A stretch of 63,877 nucleotides of DNA, the filler included, from Reticulomyxa filosa (taxonomy: Eukaryota > Protista > Foraminifera), in NCBI GenBank assembly GCA_000512085.1. It is 23 parts of 23 records of this genome, joined end to end, with 100 filler letters (N's around TTAATTAATTAA, not from the genome) between each part and the next. Parts side by side here need not be neighbours in the genome. Positions count along the whole stretch, not along the records: positions 1 to 11,089 come from ASPP01022679.1; positions 11,190 to 17,832 come from ASPP01013786.1; 21 more parts are not named here. One strand, 5' to 3'. Both the position numbers and the translations under genes were made by a program. Shown piece after piece: positions 1 to 12,813 of the stretch. Every line of letters starts with the position of its first letter. The first letter of the stretch is position 1. Below the pieces are notes generated by a model, which saw only the letters and a program-made list of their open reading frames with translations, ran no database searches and was not told where the DNA came from.

Positions 1-4
1 AAAA

Positions 5-52
<48 letters not shown>

Positions 53-82
53 TATCTATATGTATAAAATATTTTTAATCAA

Positions 83-3000
83 CTTTGTGAAAGGTTCCAA
101 TCGAATCAAAAAATACAAAACAATGGCAGCACATGAGTAGTGACTTCCGTAATGCCATGGAGGCGCCTTGCCAGTGGGATCATCCCACGTTTCGAATCGT
201 TCTTTGAATTCCGACGCTCTGGGCTCTGTTTGCGCACCCATTGGTTTGGACAAGTCTCGATATATCAAGGGATTGGTCAAATTGAGCACCTCACTTTCGT
301 AGTCGCGCAAAATCCACGGAAAGACAGGGTACTGAGTGATATCGTTGTAAGAGCGTCCGGCCAGCGTATTTAAAAACATCAAGTACGCAAAATTTGACAT
401 GTGTCCATTCTCCCAGCGCCGTGTCACCACACTGATATTGTCCGCAGTCCTGCCTAGCGTTTCCGCCACCATTTGGAATCTCGTGCGTTGTTGTGCGGCT
501 TGGATGTGGTGCAATGTATCGCTGGTTTGGTGACTTGTGATCGTTTTCAAATTTTGCATTTCCGACTGTTGGTTCTTGCGTTGCCGTCTTTGCAGAAAAG
601 AGTCTGCATTTTGTACTTCTTCAAACACGAGATCTCTTTCACTGCAGAGCAAATATACACCACAAACAAATTCTTTGTCATTTGTTTCCGTTTCATTTTT
701 TATTTATTTATTTATTTTATGTTTTTTTTTTTTTTTTTTAAAAAAAAAGGAACTTGCGCTTAGGGAAAATAAGCAAAAAGTTGGAGCCATTCAATAAAAA
801 GAATTCAATGGCGATTTGTTGCAATTGGTACTGACGCTTATATACTTCTCGCAGACTGTCATAGGTATATCGCAATGGCTCTTTGTTTTCGTGCAGTCCG
901 TCGAATTCCGTCAGTTCCATGTGATTCGTGGCCTCTCCGCCTTTGTGTTTGTCCACGACGAGTTTGCCCTTGTTTTTGCTGTTGGATACGTCTCGCAAGT
1001 CAGCGTCGTCTGCGTCAATGGCAGTATTGCTTTTGATGGAGGGGAGATAGTCCATCATCGTTCGAATCTTTTTTACGGTGAGCAAGGGGCCCAGTTCGGG
1101 TTCATTCATGTCGAAAGTGGTGGTGAAGGCCACCTGGTTTTGCAGATTGGGTTCGATTTCTTTCAATTCCCCGGTTTCGGGCGCGATGCGAATGCGATAG
1201 AAGAAGTACATGGCCGTGCGACAAAGCAAGACAATGCCATGGTCTTCGTTCAGTCCGCTCATGGTGCTGCAGTTGTACGTGCGTTTGGGATCAAAGACAT
1301 CTCCAGGCGCCAATACCCGGGATATGCGATCGACAATGCCCAGCGTCCCTTCGTCTTTGTGTGTACCCGCGTCGGCTGTGTCTTTGTCCTGTTCAAATGG
1401 CAATAGATTGCCAAGGGTGTAATCTTCCTGTTGCGTGTTCTTTTCGTCGCTATCGACAAAGTCATCCAAATGATATTCCTCAATCCATTTACCATGATCC
1501 GCACCAGCCTCATCATTGCCAACATCGCCATAGTCATCATTGTCCTCGTCGTCGTCCTCCTCTTCTTTGGCTGCTTTCCTCTTTGGCACGACTTTTTTCT
1601 TCGCCTCGTTATGTTGGTTGCTGCGATGGTTCAGGAGTTGCGACGAGGTGGTCGATTTGCTGTTGGATCGCACCTGACTATCTTGATTGGTCAAGAACAA
1701 GTGTGTCTCAAATTTGTGTTCGTTGTTTTCCTCGTCTTCTTCTTCTTCTTCTTCTTCTTCTTCGTCCTCAGTTCGAGGAGGTGGAGGTGTGACCGCAGTG
1801 AACCCGCTTTCGCCATGAGTGTCTTCCTCCAATTCCTCTTGCTCGTGTTTTCTGTCAGCACGTTCAACGTGGGCGCATTCTTCAACAGACTCTGGATTTG
1901 GCCGGGAAGGAATGCCAACGACTCTTGTCCTCGATGCTGCGCCTTGGGTCGAGGGACGCGTGACTTGACCTGCGACGTGCGTTTGCGCAGGGTCGAGTTT
2001 TTGCGATTGCGATTCACCTTAGCGCCTTGATGGACCATTGCGAATTGGTCATCGTCTTCGTCGTACTCATCTTTGAACTGCTCCTCTTCCTCCTCGTCCT
2101 CGTCCTCCACCTCAATTTCAATTCCGACGTCATCGCCGTCCTCGTGTTCTATCGTCTCCAGGCCGTCCACTTCCGACGTTTCTTCGGCGTGCTTGAATTC
2201 GTTGGGCTCGACAAACTCTTGATCCTCTGTCGACGATCCGATGGACTTTTCCAGCGACGTTTCGTCGACATTGCTGCTTTCGTCCTCTCCAGATGAAAAC
2301 ACACTGTTCACTTTGTTTTGACTGTCGTTGGACAAAAGGGCTAGCGAATATCGACTTCGGGTTTTATTGTTTGGCGTCGTCAATGCATTCAGTTTTCGCT
2401 TTTGTGCTTTTTGCTTGTTTTTGCGGCGATAATAGCTGTCGTGGATCGAGTAGTACTCTTGCATGAATCTTTGCATCGACTCGAGCTTTGACAACAGGTC
2501 GATAAACTGACGTCGATTCGCTTTGTAAATGCGGATAAATTCTGTGTGACGCTTCAGAATCTTACGCATGCGATGTGGGCCTTCCACAAAGTCAATACAC
2601 CACGCTTCGTCCCAAGGCAGGCTTGCCATTTGCAACCACAATGCGCTTTGCACTCGTAACTTCAACACAATCAATTCGAACCACTTGTTTCGACTAAACA
2701 AATCACGATAATAAAACTGCTGCTGTCTCGCCAATTGTCTGGCGTGCTCGATCGATTGTAAGTCTTTCACGATCACAGCGCCACCGCTGCCGTACATCAC
2801 ATTCATTGGAATCAACTTCAACTTGCCTTCGTATATCAATACATTCTCGTGCTGTGTCTTGGCCTGGATCCGATCCTTTTCGAATTTCTCTCGCAACGTC
2901 GCCTTCTCATTCACGTATCGTTCGTTCCATACTTTGCCAAATATGTTTTGGAATGTCGTCTGCGCTTTCGCGAGGCCGCCCTTTCTCAACCATTGCAAAA

Positions 3001-6000
3001 ATAGCGATCGCTTAGTGATAATCAGTCGTAGCTTCTCATTCAACTCCGACTCCTTGCTCAAGAAACGAGCCAAGAAATGAGACTGATACATTAATACGCA
3101 GTCCCATACACTCAAGCAGTGTTGCACCAATCGCTCCTTTGTCTGGGATAAATTGGTCTTGTCGCCATATCTCGCCACATCTGTCAATAGTTTGGTTAAC
3201 ACTTGCATCAATCCCAAAAAGAAAAAGTCGGGTTCGCTCATATCCGTAAAAAATAGTACCTATCATTTAACAAAGCAAAAAGCAATATATACATACATAT
3301 ATGTATATATGTACATATATATGTACATATATATGTAATGCCAATGACTCAAAACTTGTTGATATTCAATAACCAATGGCAATAATTTCTCCAAGTGTCT
3401 ATTCTTATTTGCAAGTTCCAAAGACTTGTGCAAGAAGAAAATTAAGACGGATTGCACTGCTTTGCGACATGTGTTGTACAAGGTTTCCAAATCTTGATAG
3501 GACGACGCGCGTTCTTCGTTTTGTGTGTTTTCTTCTTCATCTTTGGCCATTCGATCGTCCAATGCCGATTTGCAGGCTTGCAAGATCTCCAAAAGTCGTC
3601 GTGCAATTTTCGACGGCGGTGGAATTTGCTCCAAATACGAGTTATTTTTGTCCGAGCCATAGGTTCCAATTTCCGAGGTTTGATGAGCATGCTTCGCGAA
3701 TTGCTCGTTTGTACCTATCTTCCCATCCACGGCTTTGACCGGTCCATGCCGGGGTGACACTGGCGGATTTGTTTGAATGGTCATGGCTTTGCTTCGCAAT
3801 TGCACAATCTCGGCCAAATTGCCACTGAACGAATGACGTCTTTCTTTCCTCCAGTGCGGTTTTTCTGCCTGCACAATCGCCGGCGGATTGGGCGATGCCG
3901 ACGGAGAAGGGACTTCCGTGTTCCCGGTCAATACCGAAAGCTTCCTGGCAACGTGAGTATGTCGACGAACTGGCTTTGCTTTCTTTTTTTCAATTGTCGC
4001 TTTTCGTGGCAACAAATAAAATGCAAAGTAATTTTGCAATGTCAGCGAACAGATTTCGACCAAATGAAGAATATTGCTTGCAAACATTAAATTGTTTAGG
4101 AGTGATTCTATTCAACATCCAATTACTTTTCTTTTTTTTTTTTTTTTTTGAAAAAAAAACACAAACATTGTACTCAACGTTTGTCACTAAGGACTTGCAG
4201 CCTCTGCAGGAAACTACACACCATTTTCACACAATAAAATTGAATCAACTTTTTTTGTTCGTCGGGCTGCTGGTCTTTTCGAATGCGTCGAATTGGAAAT
4301 GCCTTTATTTTTTATTTTATTATATGTATGCATATTATGTTGTTATTATTGTTTGTTTTTTTTTTTTTTTTTTTTTTGAGAAAAACTATACAAAATAACT
4401 CTTAAAATTCGATCGAACAATGGGTACACTTTATGTTTATGGATTCTCTCTTCCAACAATTTGGTCAATAACGATGCGATCACATTGTCCAACTCTGGAA
4501 TTGTTGTTGGCACTAAATATAAAGATAAACGAGCGTTGTTAAATCCTCCGCGAGGTATCCATTGGTTGATCATTTTGGCGTATCCAATGTCAAACAAAAC
4601 GGACACAAGGAACTCGATATGTGCACTTTCGTCTCCTAAGAATTCATCCCGTATTAACTTATTGCTTTTCAATCCTTGCCACAAAAAGGTGATTGCTACA
4701 ACGCCATAGCCAATGTCGATATTATGTCCGGCAATGGCTAGTTGAACGTAGTCATGAATGACGGACAATAACAATGGCAATGTGCGTTCAATATATTTGG
4801 ATTGGAATTCATTTGTCCGCACCACTTGAAATAAGTCGCCGAGAGATCGTAACGTAAAAGGTAGCTGCGGTCGTGTGTTGACTGCACTGCACTTTAATGG
4901 CTCCATTCCAAATATCAAGCTAAACAAGAAGATCCACACTCGCGGATGTGGCTCCAATCTTGGTAATAACAATGCAAGGATTTGAAATCCACTCATATCC
5001 TTTTTTTTTTTTAAAAAAAAAATTTAAAAAAATGTGTCAAAGTTAAGAACAATTCAAACAAGAGATCTTTTTTTTTTTTTATTTGTTTTTTTTTTTCTCA
5101 CGTAACACTGAATGTCTCCATGTAATGATCCACAGTAACCAATATTTTATTTAAAACACATAACGCTGCTCTGTTGACTTGTCCGCCCAATGCGGGAGAT
5201 AACAGTTTTGCAAACCAGAAGATGTTCAATTTGTCACACATGCGAGCAAAATTGGTTGAAAAATCGGCGTCAATCAGCACCTGAGGCAGCTGTCCATTGC
5301 TCATATCTGTGGAAAGTGCGAGTTTGTGTTCGTCGTTTCCATTTTCGTTGTCATTGGTGTTACTCTTGCTATATTCGTTACGGTCATTCTCGATTTCATA
5401 TTTTTTTGGAGTGAGGCTACTTCGAGCATTGCTTTTGAGGCGCTTTCGAAAGTTACTTTTGAGCGAAGACGTAACCTCACTTGAACTGTTATTCGTGGTA
5501 TGCGTTGGCATATCTTTTCGTGGTGACACGACAGCATTCGTTCGATTACCTTCATATGCACTTTTGACGTGGATCATATTATTGTGCACGTAGACGTAGA
5601 AAATTTTCATAAACTCAACCACAATGTCGGCATGCCTCATGGATCCTTCGGTTTGATGCCATATCCATGTTGTACGTGAGTCTTTTTTGTCAGGACTTGC
5701 GTTATTATTATTATTATTATTACTATTATTATTATTATTATTACTCGTATTATTTGTGTTCAATGTATTGTCATTATTGCCGCGATTGGTTTCGACTTTG
5801 GAATTTTTTACACTGCGCTTTTGTCGTCCAACGGTCAAATCGTCTCGAATTTTATTTGGCTCGGCCTTTCCTTTGATCAACTGTACTCTCTCATGACCAC
5901 GAGAATAGTATTGGGTATACTCATACTCCACTTCCATGGCGCAGTTGACAAGAAAAGCCGCAATCAATTGCAACTCTTCATCCCGGAAATTTTCCATGAC

Positions 6001-9000
6001 CAGGCGCTCCACAAATTGAAACATTGCCGCCTTTGTTTTGGTGTTGACTTGTCGATGTGACAATATATACAAAACGTCGTCCATTGCTTCTAAATCTCGC
6101 AATCTCATGGCATTCCACTTTCTCGAGCTCAAAGACGAAACCATTTTGGAATGGGGCGTCACAGGCAGGCCTCCAATTCGACTCAACTCCAAAGTCTTTT
6201 GCATGCCCTCCATACTCACAATGGAAGGGCCCGTCATGCACAGTTCCATCAGCCATCCATACAACGCACATTGGATCGAAGTCGACACGTGACTCCAAAT
6301 TTGGAAATCCAATATCACATATTTCATTATCAGCGTATTGGCGAGTAGGACCTCTTCTCTGATGAAACGTGCACTGCTGGAAAACTCTCCGCTTTTCACT
6401 CCGGGTTCGCTATCTTTAAAGATGGAATTGGCATTTCCACTTCCTTGCAAATAGCGTCGTTCAATCACCATGGGCAATTCGAACAATGACAATCCCTGTT
6501 GGTGTAGATTGATGTGGTCCAAGCCCATGGACACATCATCCGTAATGACTCCACTCAAGCTGTCATTGCCAGTGGGACTCGCCAACGAATCACTCATCAT
6601 ACTCTCCACGGTGCTGTGCTTGAATGACAAGGTCGAGTCCACAGGTATGGTCTCTAAGGCACGACTGTTGTTCAAGGTACGCAGACGACTGGAACTTGCA
6701 CCCATCGAATTTTCGACTCCACTCAATAGCTCCGCATTCTTTGTCGGCGCTGGTAATACTGCCTCAATTCTTTTTTTATAAGAAGATTGTGGGGAGCCAA
6801 TGTGATTATACAAAGCAATTTCGGGCTCTGAGATCCGAACTTCGCGAGTGAAATTTCGACTTCGTGCAAGATATTCGACAATCGACTTTGGAATGGTGTT
6901 GGTTACCATGGATATTAATATTGGAACGAGGTCGGCAGTGATCAAATCGCTCTTTTCTCTCAATATATTCCCGAGCATTTCATAGCCTCCAATTCTGGCC
7001 ATATCCATTAGATTTTTCGGATTGTTCGCCAAAAAGGTCGCCAAGATGGCAATATGGTCGGTCATTGCCTTTGCCGAATGGGCACGTGACAAGAATCCAA
7101 ACAAGTTTTCAACGCCGCCGACATAACGAATGGCATCTTCCAATGCAATTGGTCGAATACATGTGACCCCTCCGTTTAAGTATGCGTAAGGTCCTTGGTG
7201 CGTAATTGGGACGTTCAAATCATGAGACGTGTTTTTGATAATTCCACCAGGAGAACGGAGTCCGGCAATATTTACAATCTCTTCCAATGGAGACGTCTCA
7301 ACGGCACTGGCATCCAATAGGAAAGGCGACAATTCCTCCGGCTCCAAATCCGCACGATTGGAAAGCAAAATTCGGCGCGCTTCGGAGAAAGGGTAATGCG
7401 AATGTGGATGGAATGAACACGCAATAGGCGGCAAGAGATCAATTCGATTTGGATAATGACTGATTTTCTCTTCATTCTCTTGGATGTAAGGCACTCCACG
7501 AGCGGCATGAAACGTGCCTCCATAATCTGTCCCCACGTCAAATATGGTTTCCACTTGTTTTTGCGCCAACACGCCAGCAAAGACAAAGAAAGGTCCAATC
7601 CACCATACCAACGAGGCCACCACTCGTTCTTGTTTCAACAAATGCTGCGAATCAACTCCGATCGTAAGTTTGCAGTCGCAAGGTTGGAGTATAGGCGCAT
7701 AGATAATTTTATGTGACACCACTTCTTGTTTCTCTTTTTCCGATTTGCTGTCGGTTGCTTCACTACTGTCCTCACGTTCTGCGTTCTTTGGAGCCAATTT
7801 TTTTTTTTCATTTTTCGTTGCATTACTTTTGTCTTGATCTTTTTTTTTCAATAAAATCGTTTCGTGAAAGTGCTTGCATTTGATGCCGTTCACGTAGAGC
7901 AACACGTCAAATGTTTGCTTGTTTTTGTTTTTTACGTTGGCCACGGTCGTTGCTAACAATTGAAATGTCACGCACAGATGGTACCACCGATGATATTGCA
8001 GCTTCACATCTGAACATATCAAATAATCATTGGGCTCTTGATTGGCCAATTTGATTACCATACTGCCATTGCCACAATGATAGCGCATTTCCATTATATT
8101 CACCGATGAATTGCTCTTCGAAATATTGCACAGCAGCAACTCCGAATTCACTTTACTCCCGCTGCGCAAGTTGAACCAAAATGCCAACGAAAACCCTTTC
8201 TCCGGTATGATGTTGAAATGCGATTGTCCGGCCATTTTTATGCATGCGATGCGATGGCTGTGCGACTCAAACTCAAAAAACGGGAACTTGTGCTCGCCGC
8301 TCAAAAATTGGAGCACGTGACGATAGCGCTCATTGTGTTCGCGCGCCCAAGTGAACATTGTATTCAATTCCGCAGGCGATAAGCGATGCGTGCCAAGTTC
8401 TTTGAATATGTATTGTGTTTGCAATTTGATAAAATAAGAAACAAAGAGAGTGAGGGAAGAAATTATATACAAATATATATACAAATATATATATATATAT
8501 ATAAATGTATATATTTATATATGTATATGTACATACCAACAATAAACTGATTCAAGGCTCTACGCAGTGGAGATTTACTAGGTGACTCCAAAACTTCGGA
8601 ATATAGATCATATACATGTTGAATTGTCCCTTGCTATTATGTTTTAATATGTGTAATGTCAAGACAATTATGATAAACAGACAAACAAAACAAACAACAA
8701 CACGCAATGCAAAACATACCTCTGTCAACAGTTGCTTATTTCTTAACAATAAACATTTTTCTCCATTGATTTCGGTGACAGACAAGTTAATCAAGGAGAG
8801 CAATTTTTCGAAAATGTGCAATTGGAACTGCTCGGGACATAAACTAAGTATTTTCAAAATGACCAAGAGAGCCTCTGGATTTTTGATAAAAAGCGAGTCC
8901 GAGTCTCGGAACCCAAGTTGGTCGTCATCATTGTCATTCCAGTTGGGATCATAAAAACTGTGGGTAATGGAATATTCTTTTTCTTTCTGATTTCGATGGA

Positions 9001-11089
9001 GTCCACCTTCTCCTCCACCTTTGGCTTCGTGCGCTTTTTTTGCAGCAAAACTCATTGTTTCGGAATAATCGATTTTGTGACTATTGGTGGTGTTGGATTC
9101 CAGATGTATCTCTTCCATTGCCAAATCAAACAGTATTCGAAACAGGGTTTTGCAATGCGGCGACTTCAACACGCCGGTGACAATAAGTGCATCAGCAATG
9201 CTGTTCCACGAAGAGAACCAAAAATAAGCGCGATTTCTCGGATGATTTTTAATAATGGAAATGATGACGATGAAAGACTTTTCAATCAAATCTATTGCCA
9301 ATTGCGACGTGTGTTCGTCACAGTCTGGCCAGAGCGAGTCCAAGGACGTAGACAAACTCAGTACCGTCGTAAAGCCTCCAAGTTCGTGCCACGAATTCTT
9401 TATGTTGGTGGCCGCGGCATTCGAGTCGTTCATCATTTGTCGCAGCGCCTCCAGTATATTCAGCCGATACTCGTACGAGTCTTTCTCCGCGTTCAACGAA
9501 GCCAAGATTTCGCTCACCGATTCTTCGTCCATTTGGTTCCGAATCACTTTTATCGCGGCTTCGACATGGGAAGGAGATTTTAGCAGCGTGTATACCGCGC
9601 GGTTGCAGCGCTTTTGTCGAAACAGCTATAACAAGTACATGTCATTGGAATGAGAAGAGATACATATACATATATGTATATATGTATATATGTATATGTG
9701 TACATAGACAATATTTATTCACGCAACTTTACAGTTTTCCTCATTGTCTCGAAGAAGGTTCAACAGGGTATCCATGGCCAATACATAGATGTCGTGATGG
9801 TTGAACAGAGAAGCTACGACTTCCTTGCCAATTGTTAGAATATGGTTCATTCGAATATTGTCCAAAAAAGGCCATTCGCAGTGTTTATTATTAATTGAGG
9901 GGAAAAAAGAGTTGCACATGAGCATAAATAAAATATAATATTTATATTTACGTATATGATATACTACAAACATCAAATGTTTTGGATGAAAAAATAGTCT
10001 TAACTTGTTTCAATTCATTCAAATAGTTGCGGATGGTATATCGTTGCATTTCGTCTTGCACTCCCAGTTCATGCTTGAGCCATTCATCGTCCTTGACGGT
10101 CAACAAAACTTGGCCCGTGATTTGAAGTTTTTCGAGTGTGTCGTGAAACCGGTTGGCAAATTTGCCACTGTCAATGGTGTCGAACCATTGGATCACATCT
10201 TGCGTTTGCCACTGCTTAATGTCGGTGGTGGTGTAGGACGTATCCATTATGATGGTTATGCGTTTCGCAAAGGCTTCGTTCGGACTCGTCAGCACAGGTA
10301 AGGCGCCCTGCATACGTCGAGATAAGCGTTCGATGTGATCCATCAAAGTTTCGACTACGCCAATGGCTCGAAACGCTCGTCTGCAATGCAACCAAGTGAA
10401 TACAAACATACTTTTTTTAAAAAAAAAAATTAATATATATATATATATGTACATATATATGTGTATATGTTTATATATTGAAACTTGTAAGGTGGCTTTT
10501 CGATAATAATTTTTTTGATCGTTTGCAAAAGCAAGGAAAGCATATCTTTATCGCAACTGGTTTGCTGCAGCAAATGCTTAAAGGTACTCAATTCGATCAA
10601 CGGTGGCGAGTCAGCATCGACACTTTGAATGACAAACTCCAAAATGGATACAACTTTTTTCCGCTCTTCTTGTCCCACTGTGGGCATGCGTAATAGCAAT
10701 GGGGCGATGGCGTGCAAGTCGATGATGAACTGTACATTCGAAGCTTGGTACATGATTATCAAAATACGTGTCAAAATCTCCATTCTCGTCCAGCGACTCA
10801 TTGTCGCACTATACACCTTTTCCAAAATCAAAAATGCAAGTTTACTTCGAACGCGCATGGTAGTGCTCTGACCTGTCGCGATATTGCTGTTGCTATTTTC
10901 GGAGGCCAATGTTGTGTTTGTGTCTGGCAATTTGTTGCTGTTTTTTTCCGATTCATGTTTATTTGACGTGTGTCCAGTTTTATTTGCATTATTGTTCATA
11001 TTGTTATTGGTGTTGTTACTCGTATTGTTATTAGTGATATTGTTATTATTGCCATTATTGTTATTATTGTTATTATTGCTATTATTGTT
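83..11089 (-). CDS. Large multi-exon BEACH-domain protein, WDFY3/ALFY-LvsA-SPIRRIG-like, truncated at both ends
   Basis: BEACH motifs [39 protein letters not shown] and HYGSHYS (about 83-440). PH-like segment with [22 protein letters not shown] motif at about 2570. ConA/LamG-like segment (FSLAFWF...WYHLCVT, about 7550-8250). Helical ARM-like exons. GT-AG intron 642-753 read in phase. One frameshift between about 1830 and 2020. Confidence 0.93.
9990..10235 (-). other. SAM domain within an exon of the BEACH gene
   Basis: [54 protein letters not shown] fits the SAM consensus W...DV..WL...F....I.G..LL.L....L..LGI. Confidence 0.85.
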
Positions 11090-11189
11090 NNNNNNNNNNN
11101 NNNNNNNNNNNNNNNNNNNNNNNNNNNNNNNNNTTAATTAATTAANNNNNNNNNNNNNNNNNNNNNNNNNNNNNNNNNNNNNNNNNNNN
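11090..11189. other. Artificial contig spacer (44 N + TTAATTAATTAA + 44 N), first of 22
   Basis: An identical 100-bp spacer with stops in all six frames starts at 11090, 17833, 20751, 22728, 24310, 25968, 27410, 29714, 31454, 32554, 35915, 37195, 40059, 42461, 44168, 49206, 51390, 54935, 58058, 59450, 61607 and 62722. Genes are cut off at these points. Confidence 0.99.
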
Positions 11190-11219
11190 CACACACACAC
11201 ACACACAAACACACAACAT

Positions 11220-12813
11220 GTACAATTTCAATTTGTGCACGCACGCGCGAGTTTGTTTGCATACCAGCAGCAATAGATTTCAATACTTCGTCCTCAGAAA
11301 GAGCAATTCCAAGTGCAGTCTCTAGAAACGTGTTGATTTCGCTTGTATTCAGTCGAGTGCTGCTGCGCACGTCAAATATGACTCCATTCAAAGGCACTCC
11401 CATTTTCAAACTAAGCAAAAACTCGTAATATTTTGGATTGCCAGTGATGGCTTCGTTTTCTAAGAGATTTGACTGCTTCATTTTGGCTATATGTATGTGT
11501 TATATCGGGGAAAAAGAAAAGCCACAGGCAAAATGAAAGGAAGTAAGTTTATATTGTCCCTTCCTCCCTATTGCCCTTCTCTCACTCTTCACATACAAGC
11601 TTGAATTCGCAAGACGTCCGATGGGGTCTTCTTCATGGTTACATCCACGGGCACAGGAGCTGGTGCTGGAGGATCATTGGGATTACTCGGATTGGCGACA
11701 ATAGGAGGTTGTTGTGTCTCTTCGCCTATCAGGAGAGGTAGCAATCGAACTTGTCCGCGTAGTTTGGCGAATTGAACGACATCTTGCGTGGCGTTGTTTT
11801 TGAGCGTGATATCCGCTTTGAACTCAATCAACACTCGGATACACTCATCAAAGCCTCCACGACCAATGGCGTGATGCAAAGCAGTCCATCCCTCCTATCT
11901 CAATTGTGACACCACACAAGTTCAAGCTAACTGCACCTACCAAGAACAAGAACAAGAATAAGAATATTTTGACCTAAATGCAAAACAAAAACACAAATAC
12001 AAAACTGAGTCTTTTTGATCCACATTGGCTTTGAGTTCGCACAGTTTTTGCACATTCAAGGGTAGATTGTTATCCACTGCAATCATCAACGGGGTGTGGG
12101 CTGCAGAGGCTGTTTCATTCACGGAGATACCTTTGTTCACCAAATATTCGATGGAGTCGAGTCCTCCAGTTCGCTCCGCAACATGATGCAAGATCGTCCT
12201 GCCATTATAATCTTTCGCCATTAAGTTGACTCTCGGTCCATGCACTGGATGTTCAAGAATCAGTTCCAGTCGCCGCTTCGTCGAAAGGCCAGTGCTAGAG
12301 TTTTTCGCAGCTTCCATCAACACCGTAAAGCCCAAGTTATTAGTTGTGTTTATGTCCGTCACCCTGTCCAAGTACAGTTTCCACACTTCTTCATCACTAC
12401 AATTAACACTCGCTGCTAACAAATGCATTGGAGACGATACATTCTTTATATATACAATACACACATATTCACATTATGTATATACATATATACATACATA
12501 TATATATATTTATGTGTGTACATAATATTGCTAATAGCAATATTTGATTTAACAGGAAATATACAAAGAAAGAAGGGGGAGAGGGGGAGAGAAAAAAAAA
12601 AAGTGGACATACCCCCTGCATGTCGAGGATCGCACCATTTTGAATCAATAACTTGGCAGCAGCCCACTCATTGGCGGCTGTAGCAAAATGTAAACAAGTT
12701 TGCATTTGAGTATTTGTTTCATTAATTCCCATCGTACTTCGTTTCAAAGCTAGTTTTAATCCTTCCCAATCGTGGTTTTGTGCGAACGTGATCAACAGTC
12801 GTTTCATTTCCAA
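11220..12813 (-). CDS. Ankyrin-repeat region (multi-exon), probably the C-terminal part of the membrane protein at 12814-14544
   Basis: Ankyrin motifs QTCLHFA, SSPMHLLA, GFTVLMEAA, GRTILHHVA, HTPLMIAV and WTALHHAI spread over exons separated by AT-rich introns. Confidence 0.9.

Noticed and set aside
816-2296. Long plus-strand ORFs opposite the BEACH gene, and similar antisense ORFs elsewhere
   Set aside because: They are shadows of the coding strand, with composition driven by codon bias and trinucleotide repeats and no motifs.
11134-11145. TTAATTAATTAA recurring 22 times, resembling a repeat array, CRISPR or piggyBac TTAA site
   Set aside because: It is always centred in 88 N's, so it is an artificial all-frame-stop spacer. 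Adjacency across spacers carries no synteny information.
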